Source: an uncultured delta proteobacterium
GTDB taxonomy: Bacteria; Desulfobacterota; Binatia; UBA9968
DNA length: 64,000 nucleotides
Direction of reading: 5' to 3'
Assembly (NCBI GenBank): GCA_963745035.1
Contig: CAVUVW010000020.1
Location: 32,001-96,000 of the forward strand
Shown: in pieces, positions 21,627 through 31,674 of the stretch
Layout: every line of letters starts with the position of its first letter
Numbering within the stretch: the stretch's first letter is position 1
The notes under the pieces: model-generated
The model's input: only the letters and a program-made list of their open reading frames with translations
What the model was told of the DNA's origin: nothing
Database searches by the model: none
Position numbers and translations under genes: made by a program

Positions 21627-21822
21627 GTGGAATACCGTCGAGATTCAATGGAGAAGACTTGGCACTTCTGTCGGAATTGCTCCAAGTGGCCATACGAAAG
21701 TTTCAACATAATGCGACTGCAAGACTTCCCCGCCACAACTTGAACTCTGCGCGGAATGCGTCGAACTGAAGCGCGATGACCAGTGTCGCGTAACTAGCCT
21801 CTCTATTGAGTTTGAACCCTAG
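21627..21822 (+). CDS. Small zinc-binding protein, paralogue of 14956 (one frameshift)
   Basis: YRR..TWHFCRNCSKWP, shift, ELCAEC. Confidence 0.55.
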
Positions 21823-22364
21823 CAAGGGACGTACTCGACACGATAATCCGGCTGGAAGGATGGGAGTGGTCGAGCAGAGATGGCAGTCGATCCTCAATGA
21901 GTCGCGCGCGTTCGGCGCAGATCGACTAAAATCGGTAGACAACGGTGATCCGCCGCAATCCTCATGGCGACGACGGATGCCAGGTAGGAGATTGATGTGA
22001 AAACAGTTTAGCATGCTGGCCATTTGCGTTTGGCCACTCTTGGAACCGCCGTACAAGAACAATGCTCCAATTCTCGACGCGCCGTTCAAGCAATGGACTG
22101 TTGCCACATATAATCGGGATGGGATTAGCCTTCCATATTATTTTGATACGCGCAAAGAATGTGAGGACCGGCGAAGGGCCTACTGTACAGCGCTCATAAG
22201 GCATGTTTGGCCATGAACGTGCCGTCATGAAAGAGGCATGACCGACTCCGAAATACGATCAAAAAATTTTTAAATAAAGAAGGATGGGAGCCCTCGACAA
22301 TGCCCCCGACCACTTAAAAGAAATTTTAACCAATCCGAATTAATGAACCAATCTCCTCCAGTTT

Positions 22365-22577
22365 TTATCTCTCTGCATCAATCCATTTCTTTCCGCACCG
22401 AACTCCCCAGGCTTCGGCTTCGGCTACCGAATCGAAGATCTCTTCCGGTTTCAAAGGTTGAAAAGTTTCGCGGCCCTCCTCACCCCAGGAGACCATTACG
22501 CTTGCAATCCATTTTTGGCTGTCTGGCGTCTGATGGCCTACTGATTCAATTCTACGGCTAGCGTACAGGCGTCTCAT
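22365..22577 (-). CDS. Small hypothetical protein
   Basis: 70 aa with GGAGG RBS; ends EAEAWG...KKWID. Confidence 0.65.
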   Translation of the reverse strand: MRRLYASRRIESVGHQTPDSQKWIASVMVSWGEEGRETFQPLKPEEIFDSVAEAEAWGVRCGKKWIDAER

Positions 22578-22845
22578 GGTTTCCTCCCGGCTGGAGCGAT
22601 TAAAACATCCTTGGCTGGATATAAGTCCTGCCGTCCCAGCCGTTCTTCTTCCTAAATTCCTGAAGGTACTGCTCTACCAAAAACTGCGCTTCCTGCTCCG
22701 AAATAATCCCATGCGTCCGCGCAGACGCAATAGTTTTCCCCCAAATACGCCCTTCGACTTCCGTCCGATTCACATGGCCTCCGAGCTTGAAAATCCAGAA
22801 CGTCTACCATGTTCCATTCGCAAAGCCAACCGACAAACTTCCTCA

Positions 22846-23147
22846 TGCTATCAGCGTATTGCTAGGGTCATCCGGCAATTCAAGTTCGCCAACCTCACCT
22901 TTTTCGTTCGGTGCTTCCTGCGTGAGCGCCCAGGCCAGGGTCAAGGCCGCTTTGATCGCGTCGGCTTCCCCGACTTCTTAACACAGGAATATAGAATCGT
23001 ATCCCATGGCCGCCGGCCGTCTTGGTCGAAGTCGAAGGCAAGCCGCAGGATTTCCCGTTGGTGATCCATCAGGCTGAAGGTGTCGCCGCGCTCGTTCTTC
23101 TTGATCAGCTTGTCTATGAACGTGATGGTGGGAATCAGCTTTGCCAT
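22846..23147 (-). pseudogene. Phage terminase large subunit N-terminal remnant
   Basis: LMDHQREIL (Q-motif) and ILYSCVKKSGK (terminase-type Walker A), then frameshift and decay. Confidence 0.7.
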
Positions 23148-23333
23148 GGTGCTTGACTTAGTATCTCCCTTTTCAGTATAAGCGTACGCCTACTAGCGAG
23201 GTGCTTGCTATGCAACGGGAAATGATGATCGTGATCTCCATCGAGGCGTACACAGCAATATTGACGAAATGCGATGCCCGCCAGGAGTATGCTCTGTTAA
23301 TAAACGGTATCATCGCCTGCGATAGCGAAGCAA

Positions 23334-23693
23334 TTGGCTTTTGCGCTTGCTAATAGCGAGATGCCTTTTTCCTCTGCACGCGCCTTGATCTTGGCCATGA
23401 ACTGCGCCGGCAAGGCCAGCCAATGCCTCACAACTTGGCCGCCGATCGTCACCCTCGGGAAAGTCGATATAAGCGGGCGCGTCACGATCCCGCCAGTTGC
23501 ATGTCTCGACGACGTTGTCACGGACGCGCGATCGGTGAGCCCTAACACTATTACTCTTGATCTCCTTAACCGCGAACGCGAGGAGTACAAGATCAGCCTG
23601 CCCCTTGCCCCATCTCTCCAAGCCAAAGTGCTCGTCCAAATTGCTAAGCAGCGACGCATTAGCCTCCGAGAAGTCGGAGAATTGCGGATATGA
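23334..23693 (+). CDS. Hypothetical protein, possible distant LRDHP/WPP family member
   Basis: TWPP...Y...ISLREVGELRI. Confidence 0.4.
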   Translation: MAFALANSEMPFSSARALILAMNCAGKASQCLTTWPPIVTLGKVDISGRVTIPPVACLDDVVTDARSVSPNTITLDLLNREREEYKISLPLAPSLQAKVLVQIAKQRRISLREVGELRI

Positions 23694-24034
23694 CGTTCGG
23701 GTCTGTCATAATTCGTCCAGCAAGGCAATGAAACTGGAGGATGCCGACGCGATTGAGCAACGCCTTTGCCCGCCTGAGCGCGTAACCATTCCGGCAGCGA
23801 TCAGAGCAGTAGCGTTTGCCGCGCTGTGCCTTAACGGTGATAGGTGCCTTGCAGAAGGGATTAGCGCACCGCTCAGAATCCCTGCTAGTAGCCGTTAACG
23901 GCTCAACAGCGCTTTCTTGCGTTCTGTTGGGGTCCGTGCCTCTGTGTCACGGTTGCCGGCCGGCCTCCATTGATCGACCCACGCCTGGATGGGCATCCTT
24001 GACAAAGGCTCTCACTACAGAGGATATTGCCGAC

Positions 24035-24340
24035 ATGTCGCGAAAGTTTTGGGCCGTTCTTCTTATCTTCGGCTGGGTCAGTCTTTCAGGCTTTGATGTC
24101 CTCGACGATCTCGACGAAGTTCCCGGTCAAGCGGCTGTTTCTCGCAGCTCGCATGAAGGTTCCAGCTCGAAGCGGGCGATGGGAGCGCTCCCGAACAACA
24201 TTATCGAGTCGGCAAGTCCCATACCCGAGGTGCAGGGGCTGATCGTCAATCTCGTCCAGGGTATTTTGCCCGTTTATTCAACCCCCGATTTTCACCGTCA
24301 TTCCCAACTCCACAAGCTCTACCACGTCTTTCTGATTTGA
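24035..24340 (+). CDS. Hypothetical protein with N-terminal hydrophobic segment
   Basis: MSRKFWAVLLIFGWVSLSGFD...KLYHVFLI. Confidence 0.5.
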   Translation: MSRKFWAVLLIFGWVSLSGFDVLDDLDEVPGQAAVSRSSHEGSSSKRAMGALPNNIIESASPIPEVQGLIVNLVQGILPVYSTPDFHRHSQLHKLYHVFLI

Positions 24341-24818
24341 CCTCCCGGTTTCTTTTCCATTACTGAATTTGTTGCGTTGGGCGGGGCTGACACTGCCAAC
24401 GTAGATTGTATTGGATTCAGTTTGGCAGTCGCCACCCTGAAGGGGAAAGGAAACTAGTCGTGGAAGATTTTCCTATTTTGTTAAAGGTTATTGTTTGGCT
24501 GGTTGTCGGCGGCACCGTTGCTTATGCTATCGGCGCTGCGATCTATAGCGGGATGATGGGATAAAGCTCAGGTCCAGGCACGTCGGGCTCCAACGTGCGA
24601 AAAAACCTTCGGGATATTGTGCTGGTCGCCATCATGGTTGTCATTTTTTACTTGGCTCTTCAACTGCTGTTGGGAAGCTAGACGTCACCATCGCGCAACT
24701 TGGACATAAGCCGTATGGTGTTGCTCGTTTTTCTTGACCAGCTTGTCGATGAAGGTGATAGGGTGAATCAGTTTGGTCATGGTCCATGGATCCCGTGATT
24801 TAGTCGGCGGTCACTGCG

Positions 24819-25013
24819 TTGGATTCATGCCCGCATTGCGGCAGTCATAGCTTCGAGCGCTCTCATCGCAGCCGCTGGGAACGTTTGTTGAGCAGCCCCA
24901 TAAATGCACGCCTGTTTCGCTGCCGTGATTGCAACTCCCGCTATTGGGTAACTCCAAACGGCATTTGGGGACGTGGCTTTTTTCATCTTCTTTGGTTGCT
25001 GATTCGACGATAA
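24819..25013 (+). CDS. Zinc-ribbon small protein
   Basis: CPHCGS...FRCRDCNSRYW. Confidence 0.55.
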   Translation: MDSCPHCGSHSFERSHRSRWERLLSSPINARLFRCRDCNSRYWVTPNGIWGRGFFHLLWLLIRR

Positions 25014-25670
25014 ATTCGCTGTTTCATACTTCGTCGAGCAGAGTGTGAAATTGGACGATGCCGACTCGGTTGATGGCTGTGCGTCGGCAACTTCGTTGTT
25101 GAGCGCTTGCAACAGCAGAGTATCGAGCGCCCCGTCTAGCAACGAGCATGCGCTCTACGGTGGAAAGATCGCGGCCAAGATTGGCCTCAAGCTGGCGCGC
25201 CGTTTCGAGCACCATTTTCCCGATGATCGTCCGCTTATCCAGTCCGCCACCCGGCTCTTAACCGGCCTACCAGGGAATAATATGAGAGTGAGGGGTCCTC
25301 CACGAGCGTGTCGCCCCTTCCCTGCTCCGCCCCGCTGCCACAACCTTGCTCGACACTGGTTCGATTTCTATGCCTAACCCTACTCTAAACATTCAGATAA
25401 AATCAGACAGCGGCTAAAAACGCCTGTATCTCGAATATTTACAAAGCGCCGCTCGACTACCACTTCAGTGCGTCTCGGCAAATTTCCACACCCCGGCGTT
25501 CGCTGCGCATAGCTCAATAAGGGCACCGCAGGCGCATCAGGACTGCGCGAATGTTGTCGGAATCTTTTTAGCTGTCGGTGGTGGTCGATGCTTGTCGATT
25601 CCGCACAAGCACGAGGATTATTCTGTCTGTGGCTGACGGTGGTATAGCGGAGAGGTGGGTCGGTGCTGAC

Positions 25671-25713
25671 TTTCGAGTCAAGCGCCTTCAACCGGGCTCG
25701 GCCACCTCTCCGT
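25671..25713 (-). repeat. att duplicate: displaced 5' half of tRNA-Ser(CGA)
   Basis: Identical to 17342-17384; identity ends at the anticodon loop. Confidence 0.92.
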
Positions 25714-26182
25714 GTGTTTGGCGTTTTTGCTGCCGCAGACGCGCAAAAAAATCGGCGAGCAAAGCCGCCGACTGCTCGGCAAGCACGCCGCCGATGGCGG
25801 GCAATTGGTGATTCAGCCGTTGATCCTCACATAAACGATAAAGCGATTCAACCGCGCCGGCCTTGGGATCGAGACAGCCAAACACCAACCGGCGCATACG
25901 TGCCTGAAGGATCGCGCCGGCGCACATCAGACAAGGCTCCAAAGTAACGTACATGTCGCATTCTTCGAGACGCCAGGTGCGCAGGTGGCCCGCCGCGGCG
26001 GCGAGCGCGATCATCTCGGCGTGGGCCAGAGGACTCTGCCGCTCCTCGCGCCGGTTAAACCCGGCGCCCACGACCTCTGCGCCAAGAACGACCACCGCGC
26101 CCACCGGCACTTCTCCCTTGGCCGCCGCTTGGCGCGCCTCGGACAGCGCCAGATTCATGTAGCGGATGTCTTGGTTTTCCAT
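25688..26182 (-). CDS. tadA: tRNA-specific adenosine deaminase
   Basis: GEVPVGAVVV, HAE, TLEPCLMCAGA, DPKAGA. Confidence 0.96.
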   Translation of the reverse strand: MENQDIRYMNLALSEARQAAAKGEVPVGAVVVLGAEVVGAGFNRREERQSPLAHAEMIALAAAAGHLRTWRLEECDMYVTLEPCLMCAGAILQARMRRLVFGCLDPKAGAVESLYRLCEDQRLNHQLPAIGGVLAEQSAALLADFFARLRQQKRQTHGEVAEPG

Positions 26183-26367
26183 TTCGGGACGGAATTCCAA
26201 TGTACCACGCGCGGCGCGGTGACGGAACGCACGCGGGGCGACGTGGCGGTTGGTTTTCCTGGATTACCGGTTCACAGGCAGCAAAGCATTGTCTACCAGC
26301 GGAAGGATTACCCCCGCCGGGAAAATTGTTCTCGGCCGCGGATTTCGCGTTGAGCGAAAGCTTACGC

Positions 26368-27186
26368 TCACGGGTGCATGTATTCGATTGGCGGGGGCTC
26401 GATGTCGGTGACCACCTCGGTGACGCCCTTGACGGTCTGGGCGATGCGCACGATCTCCTTTTCCAACTCGGGGTCGGCCAGAATACCGGAAATGTTGACC
26501 CGCCCGCTGTCGCTTTTTACGTTCAGTACCACGTTGCGCGTTTTCGGCGAAGTGATGAGCGCGGCCTGAACCCGCGCGGTGGTCGCGAGATCCTGAAACG
26601 CCTTGATCGACTCGGCGGTCGGCTGAAACTCCGGCCGGCGTACGGTATCGGCGATCAGCGCCGCGCCGGAATCGGCGTTGAACCTGGAGCCGTTCAAAAC
26701 CAGATCCTGCCCCACCGGGTCCTGCCAATCCTCGTTGAACAGCGCGCGAAAGCGACGGCTGCGCACCCGGTCGAGCTCGCGCAGATATTGCCGCGCGTTG
26801 TCGACGGCCATGCCTTTCTGCGCGCGCACCTGCTCGATGCGATACTCGATGGGCGCGACGACGAGCACCTTCAGCACGTGGCCGATGGCCGGCAGCAGTT
26901 GCCTGCCTGCGCGGCCGTAGTACACCACCCGGTCTTCCTCCACCACTTCGCACATGGCGGCCTGCAAGGTGATTCGGTAGAGCCGGAGGCTCTCGCGCCA
27001 GCGTTCCCACCAGTGCCCTTCGGCCTCGAGCACCTCGGTGTACTTTGCCTCCGGGATACCGTAGCGCTTGCTCGCTTCGATCAACACTTCCCGATCGATG
27101 GAGCGGTAGTCCAGAGTCACCGCCACTTTTTCGGCTATCGCACTGCCGCCGCTGTAGGCCGCGTGCGCTATCGTTACGATCGACAT
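26368..27186 (-). CDS. Cytidylate-kinase-like protein with C-terminal BON domain
   Basis: IVTIAHAAYSGGSAIA degenerate P-loop; C-terminal GRVNISG...VKGVTEV. Confidence 0.75.
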   Translation of the reverse strand: MSIVTIAHAAYSGGSAIAEKVAVTLDYRSIDREVLIEASKRYGIPEAKYTEVLEAEGHWWERWRESLRLYRITLQAAMCEVVEEDRVVYYGRAGRQLLPAIGHVLKVLVVAPIEYRIEQVRAQKGMAVDNARQYLRELDRVRSRRFRALFNEDWQDPVGQDLVLNGSRFNADSGAALIADTVRRPEFQPTAESIKAFQDLATTARVQAALITSPKTRNVVLNVKSDSGRVNISGILADPELEKEIVRIAQTVKGVTEVVTDIEPPPIEYMHP

Positions 27187-27448
27187 GACCGGATCTCCTT
27201 TCCTGACCGAAGTCGCATCACCGTTAGAAACTGTCTTCGCCCCCCTACTACATCTTTCGCAAGGGCGCGACAAGCCCTGATTTAACAAAGAAGCTTCGGC
27301 GCGCGAGCGCAGGAGGGCAATCCATCATCGCATGGCGCTCGATCTCAAGAAACAGATGATCGAAGGTATGGCCGGAATAGTGCGGCGCCGATTCGGCGCG
27401 GCGCGAGAAATTGTTCGAGCAGGAGTCTTGGCGGCGGCGAGGGTTGAA

Positions 27449-27883
27449 TCAGGCTCTGGAGTGCGCCGTAGGCGTCGGCGGAGCAGTCGCGATTGCTGCC
27501 TCGCTGCGGCGCAGATAGCGCCGGATATGCGCCATGAGGTCGATCATCTTCACCGGCTTTTTGAGAAAATCTTCGCAGCCGCCGTAGAGAGCGGCGCTTC
27601 TCAGATAGGAAAAGATGCTCATGGCGACGATCGGAATCTTCTGCAGGCGCGGGTCTTCTTTCATGAGCGCCACGAACTCCAAGCCGTTCATGTCGGTAAG
27701 ATCGAGCTCGAGCAGGACCAAATCCGGATGAAACTCCAGTGCCTTTCGCAGCCCTCCCTCGCCGGTCACGGCAACCAGCGGCCGGAACCCGGCAAACATC
27801 ACCTGCTTGACGAGTAGCTGGGTATAATTAGGCTGCTTTTCGACGATGAGGATGATCTTGGAAGTTTCTACGGCGGTCTTCAT
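27449..27883 (-). CDS. Atypical single-domain response regulator
   Basis: IILIVEK, PDLVLLE (Glu at the phospho-Asp position), KKPV. Confidence 0.8.
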   Translation of the reverse strand: MKTAVETSKIILIVEKQPNYTQLLVKQVMFAGFRPLVAVTGEGGLRKALEFHPDLVLLELDLTDMNGLEFVALMKEDPRLQKIPIVAMSIFSYLRSAALYGGCEDFLKKPVKMIDLMAHIRRYLRRSEAAIATAPPTPTAHSRA

Positions 27884-27903
27884 ACTTGCGACCAACACTG
27901 CGA

Positions 27904-27918
27904 GCAACCCCCGTGCCC
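27904..27918 (-). promoter_or_regulatory. sigma54 promoter (variant)
   Basis: GGGCAC-GGGGG-TTGC upstream of 27883. Confidence 0.55.
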
Positions 27919-28086
27919 GCGGCCAGGTCGCCGGCTATCCTTGTGGCCCTGGCTTTGAGGGTGATGGCTTCCTTCAATGCGTCATGGATTCGCAAAAGCG
28001 GGCAAGCGGTGACCCGCGCGAAATTGTCCGCGGCGCCGATCTTGTACACCCGAGGCGCCTGTTAACGAGGATTGTTCAACACCGCG

Positions 28087-28350
28087 TCATTTGATGGTGC
28101 GGCCCCGGAGCACGATGCCGCGTGGATCAGTGCATTCGCATGGCTCGCCGGCGGGTCCCAAACCATACGGACAAGTAAACCGCACGACGTTGCATTCCCG
28201 CTCGGTGAGATTATCGGCGATGCGCTCGAAAAAGCCGCGCGGCGGCTCGGACCGGAGCTTGGCATCAGCGGGACTGCCCCCCGAGCATGCCCAGAGCGAG
28301 CTTGTGGCGGCCAAGGCGAAAAAGATCGCCGCGAAATCCTTGAGCGACAT
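28087..28350 (-). CDS. Small Cys-rich lipoprotein
   Basis: Signal peptide with lipobox LWAC; C...CP...CEC. Confidence 0.6.
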   Translation of the reverse strand: MSLKDFAAIFFALAATSSLWACSGGSPADAKLRSEPPRGFFERIADNLTERECNVVRFTCPYGLGPAGEPCECTDPRGIVLRGRTIK

Positions 28351-28530
28351 AACGTCCGGCTACGTTCTGCCGATTGTACGCCTCAAAAGCGGCCTTGAAA
28401 ACTGTAAGTTTTGGGCAGCCTGTCGCCGGGGTGGCGAGATGGGTAAGCGCCGCAGGGCATCGTGCGCTGCTCCGCTACCAATTGGCGCTCGCCGCCTCGA
28501 AAGAGCGGCGAGCCGAACCCGCTGCGGCGC

Positions 28531-30463
28531 TCACGAAGGGCTGTCGTTCCACGCCCGCGGCTTATCGCGAAATGGATTTCTGTCCTTGTCCTTGCTTCCG
28601 TCGATTCTCCGGATCTTGAGAGCCGCCAATAGCTCCGGGCGCTCGACCACTTCCTTTTCCAGCAGCAGCTTGGCCACTTCTTCGAGCGCCGGGCGATGGG
28701 CCGCCAGAATCTCGCGAACCTTCTTCTGCGCTTCGATCAGAAGATTTTTGATCTCTTCATCGACCATGCGCGCGGTCTCGTCGCTGTACACTCTATTCCC
28801 GGCGGCTCCGGGAATCGGCAAAAATGGCGTAGTCCGCGGCGCCTCCAAAGCGACGATGCCTAACTTTTCGCTCATGCCGAACTGGGTCACCATGGTGCGG
28901 GCAATCTCCGTCGCCCTCTGCAGGTCATTCTGTGCCCCGGTGGACACGTCGCCAAAAACGATCTCCTCGGCGACCCTTCCGCCCAGCAGAGTGTAGATGC
29001 GCGCCAGCAGCTCCGTGCGGGTCATCAAGTAGCGGTCCTCGGTGGGCAGTTGCTGCGTGTAGCCGAGCGCGGACAAGCCGCGCGGGATGATCGAGATCTT
29101 GTTCACCGGATCGGCGCCGGGAACCAGCTCCGCGACCAGCGCGTGGCCGGTTTCGTGATAGGCCACGGTTTTTTTTTCGCGCGGGTTCATGACCCGATTC
29201 TTTTTCTGCAATCCAGCGACGACTCTCTCGATGGCCTCGTCGAAATCGCCGGTTTCCACCGCTTGCTTACCCTGACGCGCTGCCAGCAGCGCCGCTTCGT
29301 TGACGATGTTGGCCAAGTCCGCGCCGACGAATCCCGGCGTCTTGGCCGCGATGTGGGCGAGGTCAACCGAGCGCGCGACTTTGATTTTTTTCGCGTGCAG
29401 CCTGAGGATGCGCTCGCGCCCTTTGATGTCCGGTCTGATCGACCAGCACCTGGCGGTCGAATCGTCCCGGTCGCAGCAGTGCGGCGTCGAGAATCTCCGG
29501 GCGGTTGGTGGCGGCCATGATGATCACGCCCTGGTTCGGATCGAAGCCGTCCATTTCCGCGAGCAGCTGGTTGAGAGTTTGCTCCCGTTCGTCATGGCTC
29601 GACATGACGTTGATGCCGCGCGACTTGCCGAGGGCGTCGAGCTCATCGATGAAGACAATGCTCGGCGCATGCTGCACCGCCTGAGCGAAGAGATCGCGCA
29701 CCCGCGCGGCTCCCACGCCGACGAACATCTCGACGAAATCGGAACCGGAAATGCTGAAAAACGGCACCCCGGCCTCTCCCGCCACGGCGCGGGCCAGCAG
29801 GGTTTTCCCCGTGCCGGGTGGGCCGACCAGCAACACGCCTTTGGGAATGCGGCCGCCAAGCCGCTGATACTTCTGGGGTGTGCGCAGAAACTCAACGACC
29901 TCGGCGAGCTCCTCCTCCGCCTCATCGATGCCTTCGACGTCGGCGAATGTGACGCCGGTTTTCTTCTCGATATAAACCTTAGCTTTGCTTTTTCCGAGCT
30001 GCATCAAGCCGCCGCCCGAGCTCACACGGCGAAATAGATAAGTCCATAGCAAAAAGAACAAGACCACCGGCACGACCCACGAGAGCAGCGTCGGCAGCCA
30101 CTGGCTCACCATCTCGCCGCGAAACGGAATACCGGCGGCCTCCAACTCCGCGACCAGATCGTCCTCGCTTACCCGTACGGTCATGAACGGCAGCGGCGCC
30201 TTCGCCGCCTCGGCATCGCCGCGCCGCGCCTTGGCCCGCTTGGGCGGCAGCACTTCGGCCACGCCCTCCGGCTTAATCTGCCCGCGGATCGTGTCGTCGG
30301 TCACCACCAGATCGGTGACCAGTTTTTTTCTGACGAGATTTTTAAATTCGCTGTAGGAAATCGTTTCCGGCTGCGGCGATGCAAAATAGTATTGCAACAC
30401 AAACAGCATGAACAAGGCCACCACAAAGTAGCCGATCGAAAGCCGCTGTTTTCTCTTGTCCAA
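28531..30463 (-). CDS. ftsH: ATP-dependent zinc metalloprotease FtsH (frameshift near 29436)
   Basis: 2 [38 protein letters not shown]; split into ORFs 29363-30463 and 28531-29316. Confidence 0.93.
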
Positions 30464-30815
30464 TTGGTCCTCGCTGTTCTACGCTTCGGCAGCTCATCGG
30501 CGCGCGCCGCGATGGCGGCGAGTCGAAGCGATTATCTGGAGCGGCAAAGCCGCACAAGCCGCATTGGTGGGCGACGACTCCTTCGCGGAACTGAACACGG
30601 CTACGCCTACTGCGCGGCCACATTCTTGTCGGTGATCTAGCTCAACGCGCTCATTTTCGAATGTGCGACATGGGGTTGATTTCAGCTTCGCGCCGATTTG
30701 ATGGGAAGCTGCTTGATGACAACGCACCTTCCGTGCCACAACGGCCTCGCGAAAAATCGCCGGAACGGCGCTATGTGACGGGAGTTTAACGACAAGTCCG
30801 ATCAGGCGAACGAGC

Positions 30816-31274
30816 TCATGGGCGCGCCCCGGCTGACGAGATCGAAACGCGCAGAACGGCCTTACCGGCACCGCCGCGGCGTCGCTGCTTGCTCAAGCTT
30901 TTCCGCTGCGCAGCCGGGAAGCGGAGAGCTTCGCTCTGCTTGATGTTGCGCTCGCGCCACATTTTCAGGCCGGCGCGAATGTAGGCGGGTTCGAGATTGA
31001 GAATCTCACATAGATTTATAAACGAGAAATCCCATTTATGATCATTTTCCAAAAACCATTGATCGAGCTCTTTAAAGAGACGTCTTTCACGCCTCGTCCG
31101 GCAGTCGGCAAATTTCTGGTATTCACGGATCGCCTGCCAGAGAACGGCTTCAACCAACACATACTCGCCCATCTGGTGGCGCCACTGCCCGCCTGGCTCT
31201 TGCGCCGACAATGGAACTCGCGAACCGCCGTTGCCATCAAAGCTCGATTCCGCCGCGTACCTGTAAGCTCTCAT
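30816..31274 (-). CDS. Hypothetical protein
   Basis: AVL..AI..YQK...W...FSF.NLCE.L.LEP.YIR.GL; sigma54 motif upstream. Confidence 0.7.
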   Translation of the reverse strand: MRAYRYAAESSFDGNGGSRVPLSAQEPGGQWRHQMGEYVLVEAVLWQAIREYQKFADCRTRRERRLFKELDQWFLENDHKWDFSFINLCEILNLEPAYIRAGLKMWRERNIKQSEALRFPAAQRKSLSKQRRRGGAGKAVLRVSISSAGARP

Positions 31275-31309
31275 GCTGATTCTCTCCGAGAAATTTGAGC
31301 TGCGCCTCC

Positions 31310-31324
31310 GCAACGATCATGCCA
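31310..31324 (-). promoter_or_regulatory. sigma54 promoter
   Basis: TGGCAT-GATCG-TTGC. Confidence 0.75.
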
Positions 31325-31607
31325 CGATCGCCTCGCGCGGATTTCTAGAACAACCGCTCTCTCGCAAGAAAACTTCATTCCAAATTCTTCGTACACAACG
31401 GCTAATCTAGCAGCGGGTACGCCAGTCCTCCTCCGCGAAACAGCACGCGCGGCAGCCTCAGGTGCCGTTTTTTAGCCCGATAAAAACCGTCTCGATTTCG
31501 GGAATAATACCTTTCCTCTGTCGCTAACGTGGGACAATCGACTATCTAACAGCAAGGTTTGGGCTGAAAACTACTGAATTATTTTTCAATGAGAAAAATT
31601 TCCTTCA

Positions 31608-31622
31608 TGGTACATATTTTGC
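31608..31622 (+). promoter_or_regulatory. sigma54 promoter
   Basis: TGGTAC-ATATT-TTGC upstream of 31675. Confidence 0.7.
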
Positions 31623-31674
31623 CAATACGACCGATCGCAATCTTACCCCCTGCGAAGCAGATCGGAACTCGCAA

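Larger units (their letters stand above)
17342..25713. mobile_element. Island B, a degraded integrative element in tRNA-Ser(CGA)
   Basis: 43-bp direct repeat 17342-17384 = 25671-25713 (5' half of the tRNA); terminase fragments, lower GC, small ORFs. Confidence 0.85.
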
